Assembly: GCA_964016885.1 (NCBI GenBank)
Contig: OZ024743.1
Location: forward strand, 127,720,001-127,784,000
DNA: 64,000 bases
Source: Eledone cirrhosa
Taxonomy: Eukaryota
Direction: 5' to 3'
Below are positions 28,027 through 42,765 of the stretch, piece by piece. The notes beneath the pieces are model-generated. The model searched no databases, had not been told where the DNA came from, and saw only the letters and a program-made list of their open reading frames with translations. The number at the start of each line of letters is the position of its first letter. Position 1 is the stretch's first letter. The position numbers and the translations under genes were made by a program.

Positions 28027-28077
28027 ATGAATATGATCGATATACATCCATACACACACACACGCACATACACACAC

Positions 28078-28134
<57 letters not shown>

Positions 28135-28466
28135 CATGTATATCGATCATATTCACACACACATATGTATATATATATATGTGTGTGTGTGTGTATGTGT
28201 GTGTATATGTGTGTGTGTGTGTATATATATATATATAGGCATTTAATTGTAACCATACAACAACTATATATATATATGTATATATATATATAAATCAGGA
28301 TGGATTCAGTTTGAAAGTGGTTAGACTATCACTCAACAGAGTACTCGATACTTGGGGTAGTAGAGAATGGTTATATTATAAAGAGTCAGACCTGACGGCT
28401 GAGCACTTCAACAGCTAGTTCCAGATTATATATATATATGAAGTTGGTGACGTAGAGGTGTCAATA

Positions 28467-28632
<166 letters not shown>

Positions 28633-29369
28633 AGCAGTAATTTGAACTATTGCCTTGATGTTGGTAAAGGAGGTTAGTTTGACCACATGTCGACATTGAA
28701 GTACATAGATATTTAATTTTCGTGACGCCAGTTAGTCTAAAGAAAACTGACTATCTAGAATTTATTGAAGATAATTTTTTCAACATATTTTGCTCTCGTT
28801 GCTCGTAAGAGACACATATCACATTACTCAAGCAAGTAGAAAAATGTAGCGCTTGCTTAACACTCTGGTCCTCTCCACAAGGGTTCGATTCAACAAAGAT
28901 CAGTTCACACAACAGGGTAAATACACCCCAACAACATAGCCTTGTTTTCTCATATTGTCAATAATACCCTCGTAGCAGATTAAGTCTCCTTCACTATTTC
29001 AAGCGTTAAACTAATATGTTTCTGTGGTGTTTTTTTTTTTATAGCGATAAATTGCTGAAGCAAGGCTTGAAATTTGCCTATAAAAGGCTTAGAAATAGTA
29101 GGACTAATCGTAACATGTTACTTAGTACTTTGTTAGAGTCTAAACCAGCTTAGAGAGAAACGGTTGTGAACTATAAAAATAATTCGTAGATATAAATATG
29201 TTGATAGCTGAACAACCTCAGCGATCATAAATTTCTAATGAATTTCTTGTAAAAGAATTCTTCAAATATTATCAAATAATTATTTCTCAGGGTTGTAAGA
29301 ATAAAATATTTTGAAATTATAGATACCCGAGAGGCCTTATTAGACTTTTCTTCTAGTAATGGGCTCGCT

Positions 29370-30072
29370 ATTAACACGTTCCAGCACAAAAACTTCCATA
29401 AGTAAACTTGGTATAAGGAAAATCGCGGACGGAGATCAGTATTTTATATGTTTAATTGCCTCCGATCTCTTCAATTCTGTGATAGATGTTCGGGTTAAGA
29501 GAAGGATTGAGCTGTCACTTCTCCTGTCCATATTCTTCACGAACAGGATTGACATGCACAGCCGCGTTGAAAGTGGTATCATGACTGGAATTTGCAGACG
29601 ACAAGTTATTACTCAACTCATCGGAAGGTAATCTCTGACATGCACTAGATAGGTTTACTGCCGAATGCTGCACGGCAGAAATGAAAATCAGTGCTGTGAA
29701 GACTGATGCACTCGTCCTCTCACAGTGCACTCTACATGTGAGTAGAGCTCCATTGAAGCAGGTGGAGAAGTCCAAGTATCCGGGGCTGTGTTCACGTGTG
29801 ATGGAAGGTAGGAAGATGAATTAAATGAAAGAATTGCAGGAGCTAATGCAGTAATATGCCAGCTTCAGGACTTGGTCATCAGAAGAAGAGTAGGTAAGTG
29901 TAAAAGCCAAATACAGTATCTTCAATTCAGTGTTCGTGCTAAGCCTTACCTATGGTCATGAATCTTGGGTACTGACGGAAAGAATAAGATCACTAATATA
30001 AGCGGCCGAAATGGGGTTCCTTCGAAGGATCTTTGGAATAACGTTACTCAATAGGGTACGTAGATTAGAGAG
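29370..30072 (+). mobile_element. Degraded RTE-like LINE
   Basis: Remnants NTFQHK..TWY, LKQVEKSKY, LTYGHESWVLT..AAEMGFLRRIFGITLLNRVR with stops and deletions; ends in (GAA)n. Confidence 0.75.
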
Positions 30073-30978
30073 ACGAAGAAGAAGAAGAAGAAGAAGAAGA
30101 AGAAGAAGAAGAAGAAGAAGAAGAAGAAGAAGAAGAAGAAGAAGAAGAAGAAGAAGAAGAAGAAGAAGAAGAAGAAGAAGAAGAAGAAGAAGAAGAAGAC
30201 AAATCAACGAACGAAAACAAGGCGAAACTAAACACACAATTTTTTAAGGGGAAACCTAAAAAATGTATTTTGTAAAATAAAAATACAAACGAAAGACACA
30301 GACCTCGAGGGTCATCTGCTATTGAGATAGACTTTGGCAGTTTCGACCCCTTACCAAAGGTACTGCTGGTCTATCCGGGATCACAGCGTCCGACACAAGA
30401 CAAAAAGTTGTCCAGTCGAGTAAGAGACGAGAGACAAAACCTTAATTTATAACAATTAAGAGAAAACAAGCACACATAGAATTTTATGTCACGTCAGGGA
30501 GACAGTTTAGTATTTTATAGCGCGAGAGTCTCATGAATGAAACAAAGAAAAAAAAAAGGAAGAAAAAAAAGCAAGAAGAAAAAAGGCAAGAAAAACGTAA
30601 GATACCGTGTTAAAAAATGTAAGCTACTGAAATGAATGGAGTGAAGATTACAGGTTCGTCACATTAGTATTAATAAACTTTAGAAAAAAAATGTGTGTAT
30701 GTGTGTAAATACGGATTACCACGAAGAACATACTCGTTCTATTCCACCCTATAACTATACTTTCTCGCTACTAATAACTATTTTCCGTTGAAAATAAAAA
30801 CACTTTTGAAGTATATAACTCTTGATATATCTTAGTCAAACAATTGTAACAAACATGCCATTCTTGTTGTACTGTAATAAATTATATATATATTACAAAC
30901 TCTGTTCACAGATAAAGAGCTCTACCACTTATAGGTATTCTATATTTAACTAAACTATATAAACATATATATATACAC

Positions 30979-31097
<119 letters not shown>

Positions 31098-32544
31098 CAC
31101 ACACACACGTGTGTGTGTATGTGTGTGTATAACTGAATAAAGACTTTGGCATTTGCTCATTGAAACTGTTTCCTCGTGTAAACAAAATAGAAGTGATGAG
31201 AGAAAACACTCCCGGAGATAATCTAAATATGATAGAAGCAGCAACATAAGCAACAACAACTCCAACAGAAGCAACAACAACAACAAACGCAACAGCATTG
31301 AAGTATTCATATGACTGTGGTCTGGCATCTATAAAATCTCTCACCTTTATTGTATCGTGTGCAGATTAAGATAACCATGTAAATAAGCACTGGTTTACAA
31401 TCATTCTGTTATACATTAGCCCAGCTATACACTAACGTACATTGTAAAGCGATAGTTTGGTTCTGGAAATACTTCAAATATATGATATATACAAATAAAT
31501 AACACGAAAATATAGCTGCCTCCGCAGAAATAATTATAGTTGATAACCATAAATAAAGGTTGAGTAAATCTGGTAAAGTACCCCTGGAAAAAGAAACAAG
31601 AAGGGGACAGAGAGGCCAGCAAGGAATTGAACCATACCCCTCTCATATTCAACCCGATTTATTAAACCATTATTTGTAGTTATCAACTATTATTATAGTT
31701 AAATGCCTTGTGGTGACTATATGTTCAAATTGCAAATTTTCCAAAGGTTTCGTACTTCAGCCTCATATCAACGAAATGGTATAGTACTCCAATGCCATAT
31801 TAACGGGATGATACAGCATTTCAACACCATATCAATGAAATGGGTGTGGCAATTCAATACCATATTAATGAGATGGTATGGTACTATTAAACACACTCAC
31901 GCACACCATTCACCTCCAGATCCATACCAACAATACACACACATCATCACTCGTCGACTACTGTCGAGATGATGGATCTCACTCTCATGCCCCAGAATCC
32001 CCTGTCCCCCATCGCTGCCCCCAGGTCCTGTCTGCTGATTCCCGTATCCCTAGAGATAACGTCAGGGAATGACAGCTTCCTACTCCTAGTCAGGCTGGAG
32101 TCAGGGTTCCAGAGCAAGAGAGCGGATATGATTTCATTGCTGGCACGGTGACAGTGGCCAGCAAATTGAGCAAGGCACAAAATAGAACAAGGCAGACCTA
32201 ACATACACCCAACTGCATTCATGACAATTGAGTTAAGACTATGTGAATATTATCCCTACAAACAGCATATGACATTTTGCATAAGCGAATTTACACATTA
32301 AGATAATTATACTGATGTCAAAATATTTCCCATGGACTAACATACACATTAAGCCATATACATCGATACCACATGACTAAAAACCACAATTATATCCTCA
32401 ACAATAAAGATAGAGAGTATACATACACAACCAAATGCATAATACAATGAATCACTCTATTACATAACACCACTGCACTTACATTGCCTTACCTGGAGAA
32501 TAAGACAAAGATAATGATAGGTATGATGACACTTCCAACATATA

Positions 32545-32838
32545 CAGTGTACCCCTGGCATTCGCGGTTCCGGTTATTCGCGGAAATTTCCTTAGACACC
32601 TAACTAATAATTGTTCGCGGAATCATAAATATCTTTTTTTTATGGCTTTTTTGTGGCAATATATATTTTTTACGCTTTTAAACTCTAAATTGTTAACAAT
32701 ATACCGTATTTGCCGGCTTATATTTTACGTTGTTTTAACGTTTATAGGCATTTTCATGGACCACGTCCAATATTCGCGGTTGTTCACGCTTCGTGGGTGC
32801 TCTAGGAACGTAACCACCGTGAATACCAGGGGACAACT
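32545..32838. mobile_element. Tc1/mariner-pogo (Tigger-like) MITE, second copy
   Basis: ta-cagtgtacccctggcattcgcgg...ccgtgaataccaggggacaact-ta; internal sequence homologous to 8754-9077. Confidence 0.75.
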
Positions 32839-33796
32839 TATAGCAATTCACAGTAGCCATCCAAATTACCTAACCAGCCAAAGGCTGAGACAACATGCCT
32901 TCAACACCCATCTAATTTATCCAAATATTAACCTAAATCGACTACACAACAACAACACAACCTACACACACCCAATAAAACACAAAAACTTGTATATTAA
33001 CTGAATTATTTATTTTATTTTGACCCATAGTAAACGACAGAAATCACTTTAAATTGACACAATGTCTCGTGATTGGAAATTATACTGTATTTCATTCACA
33101 CACTGCCCCGGCCATAAAACAACATTACTAGTTACTTAGCTTATAAAACAAGAAAATAGATAACAGCCAACACATACTACAAACATTTATTTATATACAC
33201 AATTGTTCCGTGGAGCGAATTGACAGAGTCGTTAGAAAGTCAGACAGAATGATTTGTGGTGTTAATTTCGGCTCTTTGCTCTTTCAGTTCAAATCCTGCC
33301 GAGGTCAACTTTGCCTTTCAGCCATTGATGGTCAATAAAAAAAGTACCAGTCAAGTGCTGGAGCTAATTCAACCTCCATATCCCTTTCTCACTTCCATCC
33401 TTTCATTCTCTATCCTTCTCTGGAAAAAATCTGTTGCATTCAGACCTGGGGGGGGGGGGGAAGATGGACTCCGCCAGGTATTAAAATGCCCTAGAAACGC
33501 CGTTTGTTAATACGGCGTCCCTATGATTCCCCATGACTTATGGGTTCATACACACAAATGCCCCCAGCCCCCCAACTCCATTCTCGCTATTTAATTGTTT
33601 GTAACCTTTGAGTAAGCCCTTCCTCGAAACTTGTTTCCTAGTCCCAGCACAGAGTCCCCTTCCCGATAAGTTTCCCATCTGTCAAACAAACTATAACCGC
33701 ACCCCCAAAGAGATAGATTTGAACCAAACTAAATCACTACATTCATTTTTCTCATTGGCTATTAAAACGGTTAAAGCTTAAACGTAGGACAGAAGA

Positions 33797-33849
<53 letters not shown>

Positions 33850-33864
<15 letters not shown>

Positions 33865-34236
33865 TGTAGTTCCTGTCTGTTTGTTTGTTTGTTCACGAAC
33901 TCCTCCTATGGTTTTGAGTTAGCCCCCATAACCATATATATTCTGAAACTACATTGCCCAGGGTACTTGGATAAGTATATTTCATTTTAATCAAAGGGTT
34001 TCCCGGGGGGCACAAACCCCTGTAAAAATATTTTCCCTTCGATCTATATGAAATTTAAGCTATAGGTAAATGACAAGATATGGTGCCTATTCCCAAATTT
34101 TCAGCAAATTTCAATAATATTAAGACACCCTAATGGAGTTTTTCTCCATAAATTATATCACTGATTTAAAATCAATCATCATTTTCTTACAAAAAAAAAT
34201 GTGTGAAACGCAGCAAGGCGCGGGTAATTCGGCTAG
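33850..34236 (+). mobile_element. Non-autonomous Helitron-like element
   Basis: 5' tatataaa...ctgtctgtttgtttg microsatellite; 3' GC-rich hairpin followed by CTAG|t. Confidence 0.6.
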
Positions 34237-34445
34237 TATATATATGTATATATAAATTAATAAAAATATTGAATAAAAACACAGAAACAGTTCCTTATAT
34301 AAAAAAATTCATCATTTTACGATCGTTTCTAGGATATATATTTGTGTGTTGGTATGTATATCATATAGATCTATGTAAAATTTTTACAAACTATCAGAGG
34401 GAATATACATACCTACACATATATATGCTGTCTTCAGAAATAATC

Positions 34446-34489
<44 letters not shown>

Positions 34490-34940
34490 ACATAAATGCA
34501 TGCATACATACATACATACATACATACATACATACATACATACATACATACATACATACATGGTGGCTGCAAACTCTGCTAAGAGTACTACAATTGCTTG
34601 TCAGGTTATAGAGTTTGGTGCACTTTTAGGCTACGGCCAGTCACACAAACCTGTAACGGACCCTGAACTAGCAATGCCTGTGGTTTGAAAGTTTTTTAAG
34701 TGGGGAAAGGCTTTGCACTCGACCAATCCCACTCCCTGAGCATTGCAAACACTACCAGAAAAGGAGAACTGGTCAGTATCAACGGATGCTTCCGAAGCCG
34801 CAGGTTTTTTTTTCAGAGTTTCCCTCTCTCAGAAAGGTGTTGTGACAAGAACTGGGGCCCTTTCACTCCCAGGTTAAAAAATAAAGTACTATTTGGATGG
34901 CCGTTGACATACATACATACATTTCATACATACTTACATG

Positions 34941-34977
<37 letters not shown>

Positions 34978-35147
34978 GTTTATCCCGGTTTCAATCGGGG
35001 GAACCACAGTAAGTAAGGTACTCAATACATAGCAGAGTATAAATATTTAATATAGAAATGGCTTCTACAGGACTAGAATTGTTTCATTCGGGAGAAATCA
35101 TCAGGAAGCCGACTGTCCAAGTAATATAGTTCTGTAGAAGCCATTTC

Positions 35148-35321
<174 letters not shown>

Positions 35322-35694
35322 GCGTGTGTGTGTGTAAGAAAATGAGTTTTTTTAAAGATGTCCCACATGGGTGAAAATATAAGGAAAAGGAATCGAAGAG
35401 AATATTTATTTATTTACTTTACTGGTTTCACAGTTCTTATGATTTTCAAAAGTAAAATTGAGATGGAGGGTTTGTGTTTCTGTTGTGATTTGTCTCATAA
35501 GAACTGTGAAACCAGTAAAGTAAATAAATAAATATTCTTAAAAGACTCCAGTTGTATTTTTAATTTCTTTTCCTTATATGTATATATTTATATATGTATA
35601 TATATGTGTGCGTCTCTCTATGTATGTATGTATGTATGTATGTATGTATGTATGTATGTATGTATGTATGTATGTATGTATGATTGTATGTATG

Positions 35695-38148
35695 TTCTTC
35701 TGGTTTTATAATTTCACAAAGTTTTACCAATAGAGAGGGAGTCGGTTTCTAACATAGACTCTCATTTGAATTTACACAACATCAACTAGGTAGATATGTA
35801 TGTATGCATGCATGTGTAGATATGGATGTTATTGTATGTGTGGATGTGGATGTTTTGAGTTGTATGTGTGCATATGTATATGCTTTGTATCTGTACATGT
35901 GTATATGCAGTTATTAGATGCAACATTTTTGGAATGTTTTACATATTTTTACTGTTCCATTAATGGATTGTACTTTTAATTTCCTAACTAGTTGTGTTCT
36001 TTCTGTTCCTGTGAAGCCTAGCTTCTCAAGATTTGTATTGAGGCAGTTACTAACATATCCCTGTGCCCCAATAATCACAGGTATAAATCTGAAGGTGTAA
36101 TCAGGGTGGAGTATCTGCAGATTATCAGTTCTGCATAAATGTTCTCCTTTTCACTAATCTTTGATATTATATTGGCATCTGCTGGGCAGCTAATTTCCAC
36201 TACTGTGCATGTTTCCTTCTCCCTGTCCCATATCATAATATCTGGTCTGTTATGTCTGCATTTTATTGGGGTTTTTACTGGAACATTCCACCAGTACTCT
36301 TTCATATTATGTACATGGATGTCTTCCACATTGCTGTAGCTTTTAATGTGTTTATTATCGGGGCTATCTTTTTTCGAACTGCATTATACAGTGGTGTTGT
36401 GGCCACTACATCATACCTCATAGGAAGATAGTACCGTGATGACTTCTTTGGACAGCTGCTGATGACATGGGTGATATCCTCGATGTTAGTTCTGCAGAGT
36501 CTGCACTTTTTATCGCATCTAGGTGTTTTGCCTGCATCACTATCTCTTTTGTGAATCAGGTATTTCGTGTTAATCTCCTGTTCTTGGATTGCAAAAGCGT
36601 ATCCTTTAAAGTGGGAGCCAATATAGCGATTGTTGGTCCAAGATATACTACTTTCCTTATCTATATTACTATATTACTCTCACTCGGGAGCTTCCTGGCA
36701 ACATATCCATGCATGATTTTTTGCTGATAAGCATGCAGTTTTTCATCCATGGATTCACTGCGATACTGCTGAGCGATATCCCTGGGTGTGAGTTTTTGAT
36801 TATCACACAGGGAATATCTCTCGAGGAGTTCCTTCCCAACTCTCATGATCTTATCTGTTTCATGCAGATAGACTTGCTCGAGAAACGGGCTCCTACGCTT
36901 CGAGGTTCCTAGATATTGTCGGAAAGATATGATGCGACATTCAAATGTTGTCTGGACTGATGTTAGGCCTCTGGCTCCCTGCTTACGTTTCAAGTAAAGG
37001 CGGTCTATGTCACTGTTGATGTGGAAGTTTCCGGTGTTGTTTAATATTTTTTGAGTTCCAACATCAACTGCTCGGATTTCGTCTATCGTCCAATTGAGTA
37101 TTCCAAACGTTGGTGTTAGGACAGGCACAGCAAACACATTGTGAGCCACTGTTTTGTTTTGCGCAGAGAGTTCCGATGACCAGATCTTTCTTAATCGAGT
37201 GTAGTATTCCCTGGTTACGCGTTCTTTATTACAGATACCATTATAGGATATGTTCTCATCTATTCCCAGGTATCTGTAGCAGTTCTCATCAGATATCGGT
37301 GAAACAGTTAAGCCATTGATGACAATGTTGCTAGATTGGGTTGTTGTTTTTCCCTGCTTTACAGTCATTAATGAGCATTTATCTTGGTCAAACTCTATTC
37401 CTATATCCTTTGAGAACGTTGTAACCAGGTCAAGATTTTTCTTCATCCCATCCATGTTCTTGGCATAGAGTTTCAGATCGTCCACAAAGAAATTATGGGT
37501 TAGGTTCGTATTTCTGTCCTCCTGTGAGCCAATGATGTATCCCTCATATTTCTTGAACAGAAAGGACAAGGGGTTTAATGACAAGATGAATAATATCACA
37601 GAGAGACTGTCCCCCTGAAATATACCCCTGCAATATTTTATTTTATCAATGGAAATAGAGTTCTCCCTCTCTGTCTTTAACCTTAGGATAGTAGCCCAAG
37701 AAGAAGACAGCTTCTCTATGGCTCTGACAATAATGTCTGGGACTTTAGCAAGTTGGAGGTCCTCTATCATCCAAGAGTGGGGAACAGAATCGAAAGCTTT
37801 CCTGTAGTCCAGCCAGACTGTAGCCATATTCCTCCTAAGTTGTCGCACCTTTGACATGGCAGTTTTGTTGATTAGGAGTTGTTCAGCACATCCCCAAACC
37901 CCTTTCTTCCCAGCTGCTTGTTCATCTGTGATGATGTTATTATTTTCACAGAAGATCTTGGAGGAATAGGTTCAGGCAGGCTGTATACATCTTATACATC
38001 AGGTTCTGGCATGCAATGGGTCGGTAGTTTTTTGCCAAGTTAGTGTCTTTGTTCTTGGGGACCAGTAATTTTTTTGCTAATATCAACCATTCTGGTATAA
38101 GTGTATCGCCCTTAAGAATTTGTTGGTAGAGGTCAGTAAGATACCTCC
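35695..38148 (-). mobile_element. 5'-truncated, frameshifted RLE-type non-LTR retrotransposon (R4/Dong/NeSL-like)
   Basis: NYRPIAC, WLDYRKAFDSVPH, GIFQGDSLS, FFVDDLKLY, YRYLG RT motifs, then HNRPDI..VVEISCP restriction-like endonuclease; bounded by (TATG)n on both sides. Confidence 0.92.
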
Positions 38149-38248
38149 GTATGTATGTATGTATGAATGTATGTATGTATGTATGTATGTATGTATGTAT
38201 GTATGTATGTATGTATGTATGTATGTATGTATGTATGTATGTATGTAT

Positions 38249-39925
38249 GTTTTCTCTTTCTCTTAATTTCGAGTATATTTTTTTGACCGGCCACCTTCCT
38301 GGTGGCAAGGTTGTAAAAGAAAAGAAATTGTCATCCCTTGAATCGCAAGAATGTTTTGCAAATTTTGAAGGTGTCAGCTATCGCAGCCATTTGTAGACTA
38401 TGATTTAGGGAGCTGCGCTTTTTGTCCGCAAATCCAAGTTCAGTCATACTTTGGTCCAAGCGGGTTGGTATATAACCCGTAGCACCAATAATGATGGGTA
38501 TGAAGCTAAAGGTGTATCTTGGATACTGGATTTGTAAGCTCCTCATCAATGGTCCGTAGATGTCCTCTTTCTCCTGTATTTTTCTGACAACGTTTACATC
38601 AAGTGGGCAGCTGATCTCCACAACAGAACACGTTTTCAATGTGTGGTCCCAAACAACAATATCAGGCCGGTTGTGCTTTAATTTGGTGGCAGTTTTTATT
38701 TTCAGGTTCCACCAGTATTCCTTAGTGCCATCTGTCTCAATATATTCTTCCTCGTTTGTTGTTAATTTTGTTTTCCGAAGTGCGTTCCAGATGGTTCTAG
38801 CTATCCCATCGTGTCTCATGGGGAGGTAGTAGCGAGATGACATTCTTTCGCAGCTGGCAACAATGTGGCTTACATCCTCGATCTTTGTTTTACATAGCCT
38901 ACATTTATTGTCAGCTGCTGGCCCTCCTCTTTTGTGCAGCAGATATTTGGTAGGGAGTTCTTGTTCCTGTATTGCATAGAGATATCCCTCAAGGTGTGAT
39001 GTCATAAACTTGTCGGAACTCCATGCCAGGCTTTTTGAGTGGTTTATCCCCTCTATGGTCTGCGTTTTACGCCTCAAGTATTCATGCACAACTTTTTCTG
39101 TAAATTGGTCAATTTTCTTATCTTGTTTGAACATTGAATAGGATCTTCCGATTTCTCTGGGTGAGAGATTTATATCAGGCTTTATTCCATATCTTTCCTC
39201 CAGATCAGTCGCTATTCTAATGATATTTCTTTTTTCATGCTCATAAACCTGGGCAAGATGGTTGCCAACCTTTTTCCTCCGTTGAAGGTGTTGCTTCAGT
39301 GTTACTATCCGGGTCTCATATGTTGTTAATATTGATTTTAGACCCCGGCCACCTTCCTTGCGTGAGAAGTATAGCCTATCCACATCACCATTGATGTTAA
39401 AGTTGCCAGTAACACTGAGAAGTTTTCGAGTTCTAACATCCATCTCACTTAGTTCTTGCAATGACCAGTTCAGTAGGCCAAATGTTGGCGTTAGAATTGG
39501 CACAGCATAAGTATTGTGGGCAATGTATTTGTTGTATGCTGACAGTTCTGATGACCATATTTTCTTTACTCTTCTGAGGTATTCAGTTCTGGTTCTCTCC
39601 TTATTTATGGGTCCATCATATCTCACATTCTCATCCTGTCCAAGATATCTGTAGTTGTCACCTGACTGCAGAGGTTGTATTGTCAGGCCGTTCAACTCTA
39701 GATTTCTAGAGGAGGGCACAGCTCTTCCACGTTTTACTGCCAAATATGCACACTTGGACTCACCAAATTTCATTTTGATGTCGGTTGAAAATTGTGTAAT
39801 GAGGTCCAATTGTTTCTTGATGTCATTGATATTTGGCCCATACAACTTCAGGTCATCAACAAAGAAAAGATGGGAGATACTTCTGGGCCCACTTCTTTGT
39901 CCACCTTGTTTCCTGAGTAGGTAAG

Positions 39926-39926
<1 letters not shown>
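38249..39926 (-). mobile_element. 5'-truncated RLE-type non-LTR retrotransposon (R4/Dong/NeSL-like), second family
   Basis: HLFFVDDLKLY, YRYLG, CRLC..E..SHIVASC zinc knuckle, RHD, HNRPDIVVWD..VVEISCP; open to the stop at 38331, short 3' UTR, then (CATA)n. Confidence 0.93.
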
Positions 39927-39956
<30 letters not shown>

Positions 39957-39990
39957 TGTATGTATGTATGTATGTATGTATGTATGTATG

Positions 39991-40564
39991 TTGCAGGTGT
40001 TATATCAGAGTTTTCCTTCTCCTAGAATTCTGCCTTGACAAAGGCTAAGGGGTCATCTCTCCCGGTGAAATTGGATGGCCATTGACTCTTAAGAGCTCCT
40101 TTGCCCTTTGACAGGTTTTGTTTTTAGTTCTGCAGGATGTCCAAAGTCACCCTCCTCACCAAGAAACCTTGGTGGGGTTGCCAGTTTAGTCGCCAACGAC
40201 CCGACCTGATGGTATCTAATGATACCCTCTTGATGGTATCCAATGATGTTGACTTGTTCTTCTTTTTGGTAAATATCATCTTTGTTAAGAGAGTGGGACT
40301 GGCTTTGTGCAGTGCCTTTGCTCACTATAAAAGCTTCACGTCACAGGCATTGCTTTGTATCTGGAGATCTCTCTGCACTTGTCATCACATGGTACCATGA
40401 GCCCAGCACTATGTGTCAATAATTGACACAAGTGTAGTGTTTGTACTAGAGTTTTCAAGTCGCTGGCTGGACTAAAAAGTCACACTTGTTCAGCGCATCG
40501 GTAGGGGTTCTCCTACATGGATATAAAGTAGTGGCCGTACTCGAAAACGAGTTGGTAGCCACCA
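39991..40564 (+). mobile_element. RTE-related short non-autonomous element with inverted 5' part
   Basis: 40230-40564 nearly identical to 4861-5200; 39991-40056 is the reverse complement of 4793-4858; flanked by (TATG)n. Confidence 0.75.
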
Positions 40565-40622
40565 TGTATGTATGTATGTATGTATGTATGTATGTATGTA
40601 TGTATGTATGTATGTATGTATG

Positions 40623-41251
40623 TCGGGTCACTCTTGAGTGCTACTGGTAACATGTAACCCAATACAACCTGTCGCATGGTCGGGTCGTCGGCTACTAAAC
40701 CGGCAACCCCACCAAGTTTACTTGGTGAGGAGGGTGAGTTTGGACACCCTGCAGGACAAAAAACAAAACCTGACAAAGGGTGGAAGAACTCATAAGGGTC
40801 AACGGCCATCCAAAAGTGTGTAAATATGTATATACACATGTACATATGTATGTATATGTGTATATGTGTATGTGCGTGGGTGCATGTGTATGTATATGCG
40901 CGGGGACATAGAAATAGTCGGGCTGGACACCCGATCGCATGGTTAAACCACTGGAAGTGAAGGACCCCTAGCCTTTGTGAGGGCATTCTTCTAGAAGGCA
41001 ACTCAGGAAACTGGGATAACTCCGATATAAAACCTGCGGCTCAGTAGTTACCGATGATGTTGATCGTTTCTTCTTTTCGGGTTATAGCTACTGTCGCTCA
41101 GGGAGTGGGATTGGCTCAGTGCACAGTCTTTTCTCTCTTAAATAAAATCTTTACGCACAGCCATTGCATGATAGCATTAATTGATAATTATTAATAATGT
41201 AATATCGGGCAATGGCCATACTCGATAACGAGGGGGCAACCATCATCATCA
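40623..41251 (+). mobile_element. Diverged relative of the RTE-related short element
   Basis: Shares ggcaaccccaccaag...ggacaccctgcag, gacccctagcctttg, gatgatgttga and ggccatactcga blocks with 39991-40564; related pieces at 34561-34907 (minus) and 59668-59800. Confidence 0.6.
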
Positions 41252-41768
41252 TGTGTGTATATATGTATGTATGTATATATGTATATATGTATGTATGTAT
41301 GTTTGTGTATATGTAAGTATGCATTTATGTAGGTATATAGTTTACTGTTGATATTCAACAGAGCATCTGTGTCAAATTATAAATTAGACCTCAGAAATTA
41401 CGTCAACAAAATCATTCATCTGCGATCAATTTGAACACAACTTCCTTACATATGCGCGCGCACACAAACGCATACACACAGAGAGATGGGGAGAAATAAA
41501 TATACACGGTATGTTAGTTCTACTGCTAATTAACTGCCTATCAAGCTCGCACTATATCCAAAAGAGGCTCTCAAGTCGATGCCTCTTATGCAAGAATTTA
41601 TATAAGGTATAGCCTATTCTCAATATCGAGTGAGTAAACTTCATCGATAACAGAATAAATCCAGAAACACGTCCCTGGCGTACTCACACGGCAACTGAAA
41701 TAGCTGTGACAAGATCAGTGCTTAAAACAAACATAGTGAGACTCGTGTAAGTTTATTATATATAAATA

Positions 41769-41886
41769 TCTGAGTTCAAATCCCGCCTAGGTTGACTTTG
41801 CCTTTCATCCTTACGGGGTCGATGAAATAAAGTACCACTAATGCACTGGGTCATTGCTGGCCTTGTGCCTAAAGTAGAAACAATTA
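41769..41886 (+). mobile_element. 5'-truncated tRNA-derived SINE
   Basis: Starts at B-box tctgagttcaaatccc, ends agaaacaattat. Confidence 0.85.
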
Positions 41887-41954
41887 TATATAAATATCTC
41901 GTAAATGACTTCATATACACCTATACTCTGAACAACGCTATATTAGTGCTACCG

Positions 41955-41993
<39 letters not shown>

Positions 41994-42169
41994 AAGTATG
42001 ACCCCGACGGCAGAGCTCAAGCCGTTTCGACGGCTATTTCGGGGTCATACTTTTTCTTATTTCCTACTCTACTACCCTAAGTATTGAGTTTTCTGGTGCG
42101 TCATGGTCCATCTGGTTCCTTACCACAATTCCTTTGTTCTATATATATATATATATATACATATATATG

Positions 42170-42292
<123 letters not shown>

Positions 42293-42584
42293 AATTATAT
42301 ATACAGAAATGGAATAAAATGAAACGAAATTTCATTTCTCACTCTTAGTACGGCACTTACTTAAATGTAAGTATGTATGTATACGTACATACATATATGT
42401 ATACAGACGTACAGTAGTATGTATATATATACATACATGCACACATATATATATGCACGTATCGGTTTACCGAACATTTATTATAATGCTCGGTTTGTTT
42501 GTTTGTAAACAAACAAACATCCCGAATTACGCCGTACAGTGTCTAGGCAACCGCGTCACCTTTTTGTTCAACACTGACACAGGA

Positions 42585-42627
42585 ACGATGTACTAGTTTC
42601 AAGCTTATTAGTTATCGTCAGCATCGT
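42585..42627 (-). ncRNA. Minimal type-I hammerhead ribozyme motif (left arm of fold-back element)
   Basis: acgatg CTGACGA taact-aata-agctt GAAA ctag TA catcgt on the minus strand; one mismatch in stem II relative to the plus-strand copy. Confidence 0.7.
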
Positions 42628-42765
42628 ATACCTTCCTGCCATTTATCGTTTTCGGTGTGCTCGGCTGACTGAACTCACTCGATATGCAAATTAGGCTGCT
42701 CAGCCGTTAATATGCATAAGGAAAGTATATACTTTCAGACGTTCAACCATCTGGCAGGAAGGTAT

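Noticed and set aside
31345-31650. Possible signal-peptide exons (hydrophobic frames, strong acceptor at 31584, donors at 31436 and 31344)
   Set aside because: Joining them needs 31-54-nt introns or lacks an in-frame ATG; cannot be supported without transcripts
35070-35112. Minus-strand CTGATGA...GAAA hammerhead
   Set aside because: Stem I partner is displaced by 8 nt and stem III is imperfect; not called as a feature
40623-40760. HDV-like ribozyme at the 5' end of the RTE-related element (acc-tgtcgcat-ggt resembles P3/L3)
   Set aside because: Could not find matching P1 and P2 pairings
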